DNA of 64,000 bases from Tubulanus polymorphus (taxonomy: Eukaryota; Animalia; Nemertea), in the NCBI RefSeq assembly GCF_964204645.1, contig NC_134027.1:24204560-24268559 (forward strand), in the 5' to 3' direction. The translations under genes were made by a program, and so were the position numbers. This document shows, piece after piece, positions 1 through 13,500 of this stretch. Below the pieces are notes generated by a model, which saw only the letters and a program-made list of their open reading frames with translations, ran no database searches and was not told the DNA's origin. Within the stretch, counting starts at the first letter, position 1, and each line of letters opens with the position of its first letter.

Positions 1-137
1 CAACTGCCGAAAACCATCTTAAGGAGCAAATTTGCCCCGATTGATGAACGCTTGTGCGATCGCGGCTTGCGTAGCTCGAAATACTTACAACAGGTAAAGG
101 ACTATATGAATGAGATATGTGTAATTTATTTCAGCAG

Positions 138-152
138 ATGAAGGAGAGACCG
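138..152 (+). CDS. Candidate 15-nt filamin micro-exon (DEGET)
   Basis: tttatttcagcag|ATGAAGGAGAGACCG|gtaaga: good acceptor (NAGNAG) and consensus donor. It is phase 1 to phase 1 and frame-compatible with the exon at 1348. Confidence 0.5.
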
Positions 153-834
153 GTAAGATGTTCGTGTGTGTAGGAGCTCTATCAAATAACAATAAATTGG
201 CCTAGGAAGATGAATTTTAACCAGAGTTATCGAATTCATTATTATCATTATTATTATTATTAGTATTTTTATGTAGGGTTCGATATTAAAAAAAGATAGA
301 GCGCTTCCGCCTATTAAACGAGCACAGTTTCAAAGCGATGATGATTAAGAGAAACATTTTAACATTTCGAAACGTGAATATTGTTTCCAGAGCTCGGTTC
401 CACCGGTTGTAGGGTTGAAATTCCAAGTTCTAGATTCGATGAAATGAACTAAGTTTAAGTCGAAAGTCAAATCTGACCGACGAATGTCCATAAGTCGAGT
501 TATTGAAAACTCTCACAGTTGTGGAACCGAGTCTGGATTTGTGCAGTATAGATTTTAGGTGAATTGAATAATGCTTTTTACACGATCGATTTGTAAATCG
601 ACGATGCTTTCAGCTTGATTTGGTGTGGTACATGAATTCATGCTATATCTTCGTTCTTTTCATTCGTAGTTTTTTCATCGCTTTCATTTGCGTTATCATT
701 ATCGCATCGACTCTGTGGTGTTCAGGGTCTAGTTTTATCGACGAGGCATCAATCGGCGGCCTGGACCGTGCGCTTCCTCAGATATTCATACTTCAAATTT
801 TATATTGTCGACACTTCAAACATATTGAAAATGT

Positions 835-1015
835 ACTAGACACTCCAGACATAAGACATTTTATCAGCACACTTTGACAAACTGATTGTCCACACTTTAC
901 ATGTGTTCAGGACTTTACCATAGACATTTTTAATTGAAAATGAACTACAAACACCAGACATTAGACATTTTATCAGCTCACTGACAAACTGATGTCCACA
1001 CTTCACCCTACACTG
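835..1015. repeat. ~120-bp tandem repeat family (about 1.5 units); reverse-complement array at 36770-37200
   Basis: ccagacat(a/t)agacattttatcagc...aaactgat.gtccacactt recurs at about 845 and 955 and in reverse complement within a DNAJC2 intron. Confidence 0.7.
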
Positions 1016-1347
1016 GTGAATGAGAGAAGTGGTGGTTCCAGGCTGCATATTGACTCAATTGAATGAAAGTTTACACGATAAACCTTCGAAATCGAATTTG
1101 GAAATGAAAAAACTCATAACTGGCTCCACAGGTCTATGTGAAACTGCATTGTACTCTTTACGTGATAAAAATATTTCATTAAGAGTTCAGTTCTTCTATT
1201 TTCATTTATTCCCTGAAGATTTATTAATTCTCGCGACGAAAATTTATTTATCGGAATTTATTTTCTCGAAATTGACCCGTGCCCCTATTGCACCGAGAAG
1301 CATCGAGCGCGCGGTATTTATTCATACGTGCTAGCATTGTTTTGCAG

Positions 1348-3595
1348 ATAAATACGCAGTGAGATTCATCCCACACGAGAACGGACCCTACATGGTACAC
1401 GTACACTTCAACGACCACCCGATTCAAGGAAGTCCGTTCAGAATAATGGTCGGAAAGTTCATGGCCGACCCCGGTATGGTTCACGCCGCCGGCGAAGGTC
1501 TCGTCAGAGGTCAAACAGGTAAACGAAACACCGATGATACGCGCCCAAATTTTGTATGAATTTTAACTAGTCATGGCGAGTGCTCCAACTGGGTACTGGT
1601 GAAATCAAACTCTCCTTGCTCAATTCAGAACAAGTCAATTGTTCCCTAATGAATACTGGTCACCTCTTCCTAATCAATGCTGGTCAATTGATTTGCTACC
1701 TACTCGATACTGGTCAAGCTGACCACGCGCCTTCCATATTTGGTTATGGTTTGGTGAAGTCAACCACATGTCTCAATTGAAATCCCTGCCCTTCAATTTG
1801 GGTAGAATTTTAACTGTTTCGAACCTCTCCCGCGGTCTATTATTCAACTCAGGACTTGACCCGGTTTTTGTATTTATCTAGGTCAACCGGCCAAGTTCGT
1901 CGTCGACACGGTCGACGCCGGCTCCGGAGCCCTCTCCGTTACGATCGACGGTCCGTCGAAGGTGGCGCTGCAGTGCAAGGAAGTGGAAGACGGCTACGAG
2001 TTCTCGTACGTGCCGTCTGCTCCGGGCGATTATCTGATCACGATCAAATACGGCGGCAACTTCCACATCGTTGGCAGTCCGTTCAAGGCTCATATTACCG
2101 GTAAGATTTTCTCCTTGAGTATTTTTCTCTTATGTGTGTTAAACGTTAACCCACATCTACACCACAGTGCGGTGTATAAATCAGTAATTGACTTGGCTAG
2201 TACATCGCATTGTAGTGTATGGATGTTACTGGTATTTGAAATTAGTAATTATCTCTATTGAAAGATGGCTGCACCAAACATTATAAATATTAACTAATGA
2301 TACACCGCACTACGGTGTAGACGCCATAGCATGGATCCCATTTTACATTGCACTGGGGCAGAATTTTCACATTAGATCCATCATTTAAGGGTAAAAATTA
2401 GTCCCTGAGAGAGTTAAGTCTGTGTGAAGTTTGACCCAATATAAATCAATAATTTTCGATCGGTGCTTATCATTTAATGTTGACTATTTTTCGTAGGTCC
2501 CGGTAAACCATCTAAGACGGCCGAGTCGGCTCATATGGCCGTCGAAACTGTCGTCAAATCCGCCGAGGCCAGCAAACTGAACCAGTTCAAGGTCGCCGAT
2601 TCTCATCCGGATAAGGTCAACTGTAAAGGTCTCGGTTTGAAGAAAGCGTTCATCAACAGACAAGCTCAATTCACCGTCGAAACGAAAGATGCCGGTAGGT
2701 TTGAAATTCAAATAAAACATGAATCGGCTTAAGATTTGTCTTTACGAATGAGTCACAATACTAAGGCCTTTTTATGAACACTCGATTAGTATATTCGAGT
2801 ATGCAAAACGTTTTTATGAGCATGGATTATGTCATAATCCGTCATTTTTATGAACATTGGTTATCATAATCGATTAGCATACTCAGCATACTCGCTCGGC
2901 GAGCAAGTATGCTGATTATCTAATCCAACCGATATGGTGTTCTCGGTAGAAGTCGCTGCTGAGTAGGCCATAATTGAATAATTTCTACCTGGCGTTTTTA
3001 TCAACCAACATACCCGGTTATGCTAATTGACACTAATCGGCTATATAATCTAAATAGCTAATCTATTTCGATTTTGCTGGTTCATAAAAAGGCCTCTAGT
3101 ATGTACAGTCGACCCTTACCATCAGATCATCTGCGTATATCAGTTATCTGCCCAAAATTTTACTAACATTTAGTTATTGGGCGGTTTGATTTCGAAATCG
3201 CTAATCGAAGTAAAAAACATATATAGTTGGCGGTTGAATTTCCTGTTTAAATCAAAATACAAAATTTCGTGACTTTTAGTGGCGTAGGCATTGAAGTGCA
3301 AGTAAAGCGATATGCCGAGATAAAGTGGAACTGCTAGATGGGGGGTCTACCCTAGTTTACAAGCTGTCGATGGTAATCAAACAATCTTTCAATCTCGATT
3401 TCAGGACACAACATGTTGATGGTCGGAATCATGGGACCGGGCGGCGTGCCGTGCGAGGAGATACACGTCAAACACGGCCAACGACAAACGTACAACGTCA
3501 GTTACCTGGTGAAAGAGAAAGGCGACTACCTGCTGATGATCAAGTGGGGCGACGAACACGTGCCCGGCAGCCCGTACCCGATCACCGTCGTTTAA
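1348..3595 (+). CDS. FLNA: Filamin, last four coding exons (C-terminal Ig-like filamin repeats including the dimerisation repeat); gene starts upstream of the window
   Basis: GT-AG exons 1348-1518, 1882-2100, 2497-2694 and 3405-3595 (TAA), all joined in phase 1. Translation: [31 protein letters not shown]..., [28 protein letters not shown]...[17 protein letters not shown], ...[51 protein letters not shown]...[25 protein letters not shown]. These are hallmark filamin terminal repeats. The symbol is used loosely for the invertebrate filamin orthologue. Confidence 0.96.
2764..3095. mobile_element. MITE, PIF/Harbinger (Tourist)-like
   Basis: TIR AGGCCTTTTTATGAAC...GTTCATAAAAAGGCCT flanked by a 3-bp CTA duplication (2761-2763 and 3096-3098). 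Confidence 0.75.
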
Positions 3596-4139
3596 AAAAA
3601 GAGTCGAATCGCTCGTCCGTATCCTTCCTCGCAACGTCATTCCATCGTTTAATATCTCCAGTTGTTGCCATGACGCGGAAAAAACCCGTCGAACTCGAAG
3701 GCGATACCATCGGCGACCTTGACCTCGAGAGTCGTTTACGACGAGGTCGAGGCCTTGTTGTTTATCGTTCGTTCTCGAGTTCGCTCCGGACGGAAGGATA
3801 AGATAAAATGTTCAACTGGTGCTTTTTATTTCGCTGCCCCCCGATTCATCATCGAAATCATCATCATCGTCGTTGTAGTTGTCGGTGCGTGTTTTTAATC
3901 GTGTAGGGTGCGACACTGTCTAAACCCCTTAGCTTTACGTGAAATACATACGTAGCGAGTCCTGGAAGCGCAAATACAAATTCGGTAAACCGATTCAGGC
4001 CAGTTCCACGAGCGTAGGTTCAGTTAGAATTAGTCCCTTAGAAGTTAATAATTTCAAAATGAACTTACCGGGTATTCTGACCGGCTACATAGCGGTAGTT
4101 GTGGGTAAAATTTGGCCCAAGGGTTAAGTCATTCCACGC

Positions 4140-4430
4140 CGAGCTGCATAACTGTGGAACTGGATCCACATTCAATGTAAACCCACACAACTGTGGAACC
4201 GGATCCAGAGTCAAATTAGACCCACACAACTGTGGAACTGGATCCACGTTGAATGTAAACACACACAACTGTGGAACTGGATCCAGAGTCAAATTAAACC
4301 CACACAACTGTGGAACTGTGAATTACTGTGAATTAAACCTACACAACGGTCCCGAGTCAAATTGAATCCATGCAACTGTGGAACTGGATCCTGAGCCGAT
4401 CAAACCTGCACAACTGTGGAACTGGTTCCA
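4140..4430. repeat. 39-bp minisatellite (ccacacaactgtggaactggatccagagtcaaattaaac)
   Basis: About 7 units; the same family occurs at 30350-30910, with a related 20/40-bp array at 34385-35180 on the opposite strand. Confidence 0.9.
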
Positions 4431-4883
4431 GGTCTGTATTCGTTACCGCGTTATCTATTTTTCCAATTACATTTTGGAATTCGAAAAATAGCCGCCGTTT
4501 TAACAGGATTGATCAATGAAAAAAAAAAAATATAGGCGTAAAACTCCTTAACCTAGTGAGAGGATACGTGTTGTTGTTAATGTACAGTACAAAAGAAACG
4601 ATATATATATGCTAATAGAATTAATCGAAAAATTGATAAAGCGAATCAAAAATTTAAATGATTGATAATGATATTATTATTACGATTATTATTATTATTA
4701 TTATTATTATAAATAATAGCGAATAAAGTACTAAAAAACTGCTGTGTTTTCTAATGCGAAATGAAATGGTATTCGTAGCGTGGAAATTGAGTAGAAATTT
4801 TTTTGCGAAATGCATGCATTTGTTAAATTACGTCGCGTATCTCTTGTGTCGCAGTTCCGTGTCTGTTTTTACGCATTTGTATA

Positions 4884-4885
<2 letters not shown>

Positions 4886-4963
<78 letters not shown>
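4886..4963. repeat. (TA)n microsatellite
   Basis: Long perfect TA run. Confidence 0.97.
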
Positions 4964-4969
<6 letters not shown>

Positions 4970-7526
4970 TTAGTTCAGAAGAACGTTTCGCTATTTTTGT
5001 CCAGCGTTTAGGAAAAAAGAGGCGTTTAGACGTGAAGGAGAAAAATTGGGGAGGGAAAGACGACATTTTTGGCATACCGCCGATTTTGTACGGACGGACG
5101 GAAAGATTTTCACATTAAAAAACGAAATGGCTGGATTATGCAAATCTAGTGATTTTAGTGCCAACACTGTAATTCAATGTGTATGTATTTCAATGAAACA
5201 ACATTGATGAAAAGCGACCAATATCGTTATCATCTTTAAGGGCCAGGCCCGGTTTTACGAAGTTTAAAATTGGCGACAATGTTCACATTTGCGCTTGCTG
5301 AAAGCTTGAAGCTAAACGTCGCGTTTTTGAATACTTTATGAAACCGGTCCCGGAACTGGAAAAACGGTTTGCGGAACGGGTATTTCTTTAAAAAGTTCTG
5401 CCCCGATTCGTTACCGTGGACCTAGCTACGTTTGTGAAGATCTGGGCTTCGTTTTTCGTCGAAGTATTTTTTATGAATGATATGGTAGACTCTGCTCTGG
5501 GACTATGTTCGATTGATACAGAATAATTGTTTACGAAAAAACGAAGAGAAATTTATATTTGTCGTATATTGCTTAAACCATATTTAGTTAACAGCTAAAT
5601 TTCGTTTCGAAGAAAGTATCTATAACCTCGAGTTCTTAAGCTTAACGTTTTTTAATCACGCGCGTTTATAAGTGTACGTATATAGATACCACACCACTTA
5701 TATACATTATGCAAATGGCCGATGTATCCATCCAATGAATCGACAATTCTTCCAAGTTATATGCAAATTAGCTATTCGTTTACGTGTACAGCGAATGTAA
5801 TGAAAATTCGAAACAGTAGTAGCTCGTACTAATGTACTAACCCACCCCCGAAATCTCGGAATGGTCGAGCCCGATGTACTAATCGGTAGTGTTCGTCGGG
5901 CCGGCCGTTTAGGGGTGATAGGTCACACGCGATATTGTTTGTATGATTTATATATATATATATATATATATACACGTCGTTTTTACATCTTTATACCTTG
6001 ATTTGTGGAACTGTTCGAAAACTCCCCGCGGTTGTCCTCGTTCGTCAATATCCAAGAGTAATGTCCGTTAGAATTTTGCTGTTGGTTAGTTGAAATAATT
6101 GTAAGGACTGTTCCCCGGGCGTTTCGGGGCGTGGATCCCGGTAATCCAAAGTGTCCAATCTTACGACGCTGACCAATTCGCTGCGCGTTCAACATCCGAT
6201 CAAATTACGTGTGAAGGGTAGTTCGAGACGTTCTGCTCTTGAATGGCGGCCCCTATCCCCCAGTTTTCCTGAAGGCTGGCTGTTAAAAAGACCCGTTGCT
6301 GATGGATCCGCCCCTAACGTTCGGTGCGAACTTTCGTTTGCAGTTATTATTAGAATCTGTACATAGGTGATACAACTGAAAGTGATAAAACTTATATTTA
6401 TCAGTAACCTTATAATATGTTATGATTATGATATTGATATTATATTATATTAGCTTATTATTACAATATATCTATGTCTCCCATATATGTGTATTGAATC
6501 CTCGAAATCTATATGATTATAATATTATTATGATATTAGTATTCATTCATTTTTGTTGCCTCTTAATAAACTAACATTTTGCTATGGAATGATTTTGTTT
6601 TGTCGTTTTCGATTTTGTAGAGCGGTTTAATTTTTCCGGGGGATTTGATCACGACTATTATAGCCGCAGACTGATTTTGTTTCATATGTCCTCGGGAATT
6701 TGCACAAACCACAGCCTGGAGGACAAGGGAGAGAGCAATTGGAGGTTCAGTTTCAGATTGGAAAGGCTCGTATTTATTTCATATCAAAATAGGGATTGAC
6801 CCTGTTATTTATTTAATTGGTAGGTTTATAGACGCACGGGTGAAAGTCGGCGATCGTTTTGAAAAGCCATTGAAATTAAGGATGTCTATTTTCACTCAAG
6901 ATCATAACATTGTGGCTGAAGTATAAAACCCTATTGAAAAGCGCAAACAGGAACCATTTCTTTACTTCTGTGGAAACAAAAAAGCAACGTTTTTGGATGT
7001 TTGGTCGCCATGAGGCATATTTCTGCAAAGAGGATTTCTGTTCTCTCTCATAATCTATCCACCCTTGCAGCTAAAGCACTATCGATAGAAAACGACAAGA
7101 TAACTGGGCACTAGAGGGCATTGTTCTGTAAAGAGGATTTACACACTTTCGTACGCAGTACTTAAACCAAAACCATATTTCAGAACATCGAAATGCTCTG
7201 AATATAAAATGAAATGTAAAAGTAAAGATTCCGGGCTGCTTTATATGAGATTGAAGTTTGTCGTGTCAGAAAAAGTAAAAATTATGTTGGCATCGCTACA
7301 TTCGATACAAGGATACATTAAATTGCATTCCAAACATCGTTGTAAAAAACTGCAAATTCATTTCTACGAAAAGAATTTAAGGCGCTCTTGATCTTGAGTC
7401 GTTTATTTTGTGAAAATTTACACATCTTTGATCCAAACCAGTTTCACTGCGAATTGAGTGGCATGTCTACAACGGACATGATAGAGTAATATCATAGCTA
7501 TGGTGTTCTTTGATGTTTTGGGTTCG

Positions 7527-10500
7527 TTAAACCGAATACTCAACAGTAAGGTTATCGATGACACCGTTTTTAATTTGGAGATTGAACAGAAAACGAGAAG
7601 CATCCCCGGGAAACTCCATTGTCTTTCCAAAGACGAAGTGTTTCGACATCCGTGCATCGTTAACGTAGAGAATCCCGTCTGCACACCTCAGCGAAAGCCA
7701 TTTCGAATCACTCAATAGATTTCTATCGGTCGTATACGCCAGACTATTTTTTGTCGATAATTCTACGCACGTGACCGGTGAGCTTCGACCCACTTGAAAC
7801 AGAAGGAGTTTGTTCGACGAAAAAAACGAATCTCCGATTCCACGGCGCGAAAAAGAAATCGAGTAGTTTTTTATTTCATCCTTCCCGTCACCGAAACGAT
7901 AACGGACCAATTCGCTTGACAATGCTGATACCGATTGACTGCTATCAATCCCTTCGACCAGTGAAAGTTTCACGTTGTTTTTGCCGTCATCGACTGTCAT
8001 ATTCGCGCCGTCGCCGAAAACGATTCCGCGTTCGGTATCAACTTTTTCAAAATCGAAGAAATAACGGATTTTCGATGGTTTCGAATTGGCGGCTGCGGCA
8101 GCTGAAAGTATACAAAAACTATCTTGAAAATCAGACGCCTTGCAAAGTAGCATATTGTTCAATATTGTCGACAATGATAACAGGTACCGCTGGCTATTTA
8201 GCCCACTGGGGACTTAATAGTCCCAGCTGCGGACTAATGCGGAATGCTGTAGAAGACGGAATCCATTTAGATGAGAGCCGTGAAATATATTTATGTTTTC
8301 CCGCCCTCTTAATGGAAAAAGACGAGCTTTGTTTGAAATATATCAAATTACATAATGTATGCTATGAAATTCACATATTGTGCTTGGTATTATGAAACGT
8401 CAATATTGATGACGTAGTGCACATCAACTGACACAGAACCGTATACCAGGTGTCAAAGTATGTAAACATTATTGTAACGCTTTTTACGGCGTCAAATAAA
8501 AATCTACCGTAAGCATTCAATCTGAAGCATCCTTTTAACATCGTATTACGACGGTCACTTTGACACTTAATCTTTTTATTTGATTGTCTAAATCACTTTA
8601 GAACCAGAACTGAGCAAATTATAGAAAATTATTTTACCTATAGTGGTGCTGATTTTAATGGTGCTGCTGGGGCTGGGGCTGGGGCTGGGGCTGGAGCTGG
8701 AGCTGGAGCTGGAGCTGGGGCTGGAGCTGGAGCTGGAGCTGGAGCTGGAACTGGAGCTGGAGCTGGAGCTGAAGCTGGGGCTGGAGCTGGGGTTGGGGCC
8801 GGTACTGTTACTGTTGGCAGCGGTCGGTCCACCATTTTTCTTCTGAAACAAAAAACAAATACATTGATTATTCATAAACAACTGTTAACATTCGCAAGTA
8901 TAATCGAAGTGCAATCGGAAACATGAGAAATCATTCAATAAGTCCCGGAACTGATTAGTACAAATATCGACTGTCTGCTGTGTAACGTACAGCTCGTTTG
9001 GTTAGCGGTAAAAATCCCCAATTAATGTTATTGATGAAAAAGAAACACAACTTCAAAACTGCCAGAATAAATTGTAAAAATCATCTACTACGGGTTTTGC
9101 TCATTTAATTAACCATACGATGATTTGCCAAAAAAAAGAATCAAATTCCTTGGGTTTATAGAATCCAGTCGGATTAATCGGATCCCTTGAATGTTATTGC
9201 AATCCCGCATTGAATGGTGTCATCGTTTCATGGGTAGCGAATGTGTGACGGTACGAACTTTAGATTCTCTCAACTCGATCATGAAATAAAACACGAACTT
9301 AAAAGCTTGTTGGTTTTTAATCTAGTCGACACGCGGGACTATCAACTTAGAGGACTTCTACGTCAACATCTAACCAAGGAAAAACTACAATAAACTATCG
9401 GACTATTTACACGTAGAAAACGACCAAAAAAATATAAAAATGGACAAAATGATCTTCAACCTTGTAATGTAGCTATTTCCAAAATCTCGATGTATTAATT
9501 AGGCAGCCAATAAAATTAACCCCAATCAGTCGCTTGCCGGTTCAGGCTGGTTGGAAGATTGTTTGAACGAACTGGAACCAAAACCGGACCAGAAATTTCC
9601 AATTATGTACTTCGATTTAAACAGAAAATTCTGTCAACTCGACCGCCGATCACACAACTATATCCGTACTTCGTTTAACAATATGTCTCCATGCCTACCA
9701 ACTGAAGTTTGGTACGTAGGCATGGAAACATATGATACAATATTCCTACTGCGGCATGTGAGCAAAAAGTAAGTTCACACATTTACCGTCTACGATTAAT
9801 AAAGGGGCAGCACTTGACGGTTAACAATTAGGCCAGCGTGAGTTGGCTCCTGTATAAAACCAACCTGCAGAGAATGCTGCGTGTACACAGGGAAGCGAGT
9901 AAAAAAATTGGTGGTAGCCGGAAAGCTCCGGTAGCAGAGGCAACCAACCCTGGCAAGCAATGATGCATTGATCGAGCCACGTGCGTGATTACACTGGTCA
10001 GTTTTAATCATGATTATGCAATTCTTACACCAAATAAATCAGATTGAATACGAAAATAAATCTGTAGCTCGGCAAATGATCTTAACTTGTAACAGCACAT
10101 GCATGGAGAATCTGCGAGTCATCACTTCCGGTGTGGAGTCGTGACCCGCCATATTGAAATTTGGTAAGTCTTGGAAATTTTCCAGTTTTTTATCCTTGAA
10201 TTATATCTATGTATTAAGTTAACAGTTCGGTATTAACCCGGAGATGTAGGTACAATAAACACCGACTCTAAAACTGACCTGAGACCCACCGCCAAACTAT
10301 ATTTAAAGTCGTTTTAGAAGTACGTCACGTGTGTCGTCACGGTTCGGTGGTCCGCACCTCGCCGCTGCGCTGTGTACGTATGAGGAGGGAGAAAATGTGG
10401 AAGTTACATGTGACCCGCTTGTTCAAAACAAATAATATGAAAATGCAATCAATCTGCTAAAAGAAGCTTTAGTTGTTGTGTGAAGATCGATGTTCGAAAC

Positions 10501-13500
10501 AAACAGTAACAACAGCAGTATACAGCCAGTTTTGTGTGGAATGAACTAAAATATTGTTATTACTGTTTACAGATTATATTGTGGTGAATATTACCAGTAA
10601 TAATTACAGTGACCTCCTTTTCTTATTGTTACAGAAACAAACAACAGATTTCATCAATCAATCCTTCCTTCAACAGTCAGTTTCAATCAGTTAAAAACTA
10701 CAATAAAAACTGCCCCCCCCTGTCACTGACTGTAACTAGGCTGAGATCTATTAATCATCTTTTAGAAAAGGTTTGTCTCTCATTCATTCAATTGTGTAAC
10801 TGATATCTATGAATAGTCTACAATCAACAGATACCACATTGAAATCTAATATTCTTTATTTCAGGCACAATTCCTCTTTACTGTGGTATGAAATAAGATT
10901 GAGTCAAGCGCAACGCTGTAGAAGCATCAGAGGAGGAGTATCGTAGGAGCTGCAGGAGTATCATCGGTGCTGCAAGAGTATCGTAGGAGCAGCAGGAGTG
11001 TCATAGGAGCAGCAGGAGTATCGTAGGAGCAGCAGGAGTATCATAGGAGCAGCAGGAGTATCGTAGGAGCAGCAGGAGTATCGTAAGAGTAGCGGGAGTA
11101 TCATAGGAGCAGCAGGAGTATCATAGGAGCAGCAGGAGTATCGTAGGAGCAGCAGGAGTATCGTAAGAGTAGCAGGAGTATCATAGGAGCAGCAGGAGTA
11201 TCATAGGGGCAGCAGGAGTATCATAGGAACAGCCGGAGTATCATAGGAGCAGCAGGAGTATCGTAGGAGCAGCAGGAGTATCGTAAGAGTAGCAGGAGTA
11301 TCATAGGAGCAGCAGGAGTATCATAGGAGCAGCAAGAGTATCATAGGAGCAGCTGAATGAATCACAGTAGAGATAAGATAAGTAGTTTTAGAATTATGTG
11401 TTCATTCATACCACTATTGATAGAGGAGTTGAAGATGTTCAGGACCAGAGTTCAGTTTATCTTCTAACAGACTAAAACTAAATGAAGAATCATTATAACG
11501 GTTATTGAATATATCTCCAGCAAGGATCTGTATCCATCTTCAGCTCACTTCACACACAGCTATAGATCAGAGTTCCGTACAGCAACCACTGAATCAACCT
11601 AATCGTAACAACTGAAATAATGATAACACATTCTATATGAATACATATGAAGCACATCTGAAAACAAAGTGATAGAAAAATAGAAAGTTGTAAAATGTTT
11701 TCTGACGCAGTTTGATTTGTGTCTGATTGTAACTGTAGAAGTTTCACTCATTGTTTCAGTCTAATTGAGATATAACTGATGTACATATAACACTGACTGT
11801 GTAACACTGCAGTCATTTATTCACTTATTCCTCCTCAGTTTGAAGAATGTTTGTTCTCTCATCTTCATTAGCGATAAGAATCATTCTCATCTGTGTAACT
11901 ACAACATCGTAACATTCCTACTTATTCAATCATAGAGGGAATGAGGAGTATGAGGTTTGGGTATGGAATGGGACAGGGTATGGTGTAGTTGACAGTTGGG
12001 GTAGGAAAGGGTAATGTGATGAGGTAAGGTCGGTAGGATGATGCAGGGTTGTTTGATGTGGTTGGATTCGATGATGGTTTAATATAGAACTGTTCGGGGG
12101 TAAGTGATGTAAGTAGTAGTGTACGGTGTGTATGTTCGGAGGGTGTATGATAACGGAATGAAAGGTTGCTGGTAGAGGATGGTACAGTAGCATCCTCACT
12201 CACCAGGGCTCGGGTTGCTTCCTGCTGAAGCTCACGTCTACACAAACGCTGCCCGCAACTTTATCCATCGGTCTGTTGGAATACAAGGAATTATTCAGCC
12301 AATGAAAATTATGGAAATATACATTATTCTTGTGTTGGACCCTCGGTAAGCGAAAACTCTATCGACCACCAGTGATGCCAGTCACAATGAGGGGTACATG
12401 TTTTACTATTGGCAATTATCCTTCAATAAACTTTGATAAAGGATAAGTTGATGTCAGCAGCGGAGAATACAGAGTTCCGGATCGGGAAAACAACATCATA
12501 GGAAATCATTGTATTTTTCTGAGTTCGTCCACAGGTCAAGGGTCAAGGTCTAATCATGTGACCTGGCAGTGACTTGTCTGCCAACACGGCAACCCATCCA
12601 CTCTCCACCTATGGGCGGCCATTCCCGCCAAAAATCAGCGTTTCGTCTATTTTTCTGTACTTCGACAAAATGTCATAGTACACCGCCAAAATGTGTTAGC
12701 GTAACGTCAAATTGTGTAATGCGGCTAAATAACAGAGGAGGGCGACACTGTACGGACAGTATTTTGCGGTATTTTTCTCGCATTGCGATCATCTCAAGGT
12801 CGTTTTATTGAAATAATTTTGCGAGTATCAAATCGACAAATCGTATCATATTCCCTAAACCCAATAAAATGATTTTATTGTTACTTTAGTTAGTTAATAC
12901 TATAATATATAGTAATAATGTACGGTAAAATAGCGGAAGTAAATACTTTGCCGTAAACCTATGGAAGCCCTGAGACGACATCTTGAGTTCATGAGTTCCG
13001 AGTTCATAACTTCCTGAGTTCTCAAGTTCATGAGTTCGTCTAATGACAAAAAGCCTGCGATACCGAAACGTCGAATGTAAACACGATGCTCTATCAAAGT
13101 CCCGCGTCTCAGGCTTAGACGACACTGAATAACCAGCGATTAATGGTATGTTGAAGGGCGCCTCCGTTCCTCCTCTGGTAGGTAGCTCGGATTTTCTGTG
13201 CGCGGGCTAGAGAGAAGGGTGACTCCGAATAACCGGTGACTCTCGATGAATCTGCTCGGGTTTTAATGATGAAAAAGATAACAAACGCTCGTTATGAGAA
13301 ATTTTTAAACATCTATTTATTTTCTATAAACCATCAAGAAAGCTGATGTCTGATGATAGACTGGTTGCCGGTCGACTTCATATGACTGCCAGTGCAGAAT
13401 TGGGGACAGTCAACCAGTCTTGGTTGATGCTGGACATCATTTTTTTAGTTAATTCATGACGTAATCGGATTTAACATCCTTATAATAGGATTCTTTATGT

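Larger units (their letters stand above)
3596..6575 (+). other. Probable long filamin 3'UTR with alternative polyA signals
   Basis: No further filamin exons. AU-rich tracts; AATAAA near 4722 and near 6565, the latter followed by a T/GT-rich downstream element. Confidence 0.5.

Noticed and set aside
1-93. Open frame ending at cag|gtaaag as a possible filamin exon
   Set aside because: It would end in phase 0, incompatible with the following phase-1 exons, and the translation is not filamin-like.
4140-4430. Regularly spaced repeats resembling a CRISPR array (also 30350-30910, 38550-39100, 44330-44860)
   Set aside because: The intervening sequence is itself repeated (no unique spacers), the context is eukaryotic and there are no cas genes; these are minisatellites.
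4754-5075. (YI)n ORFs
   Set aside because: Translation of a (TA)n microsatellite.
7778-8395. 205-aa plus-strand ORF
   Set aside because: Antisense shadow of the minus-strand exon; no recognisable features.
8638-8846. (PA)n and (LE)n ORFs from the ORF track
   Set aside because: Alternative frames of a hexamer repeat. Splice phases support the minus-strand Ser frame, and the PA frame hits TAG at the donor.
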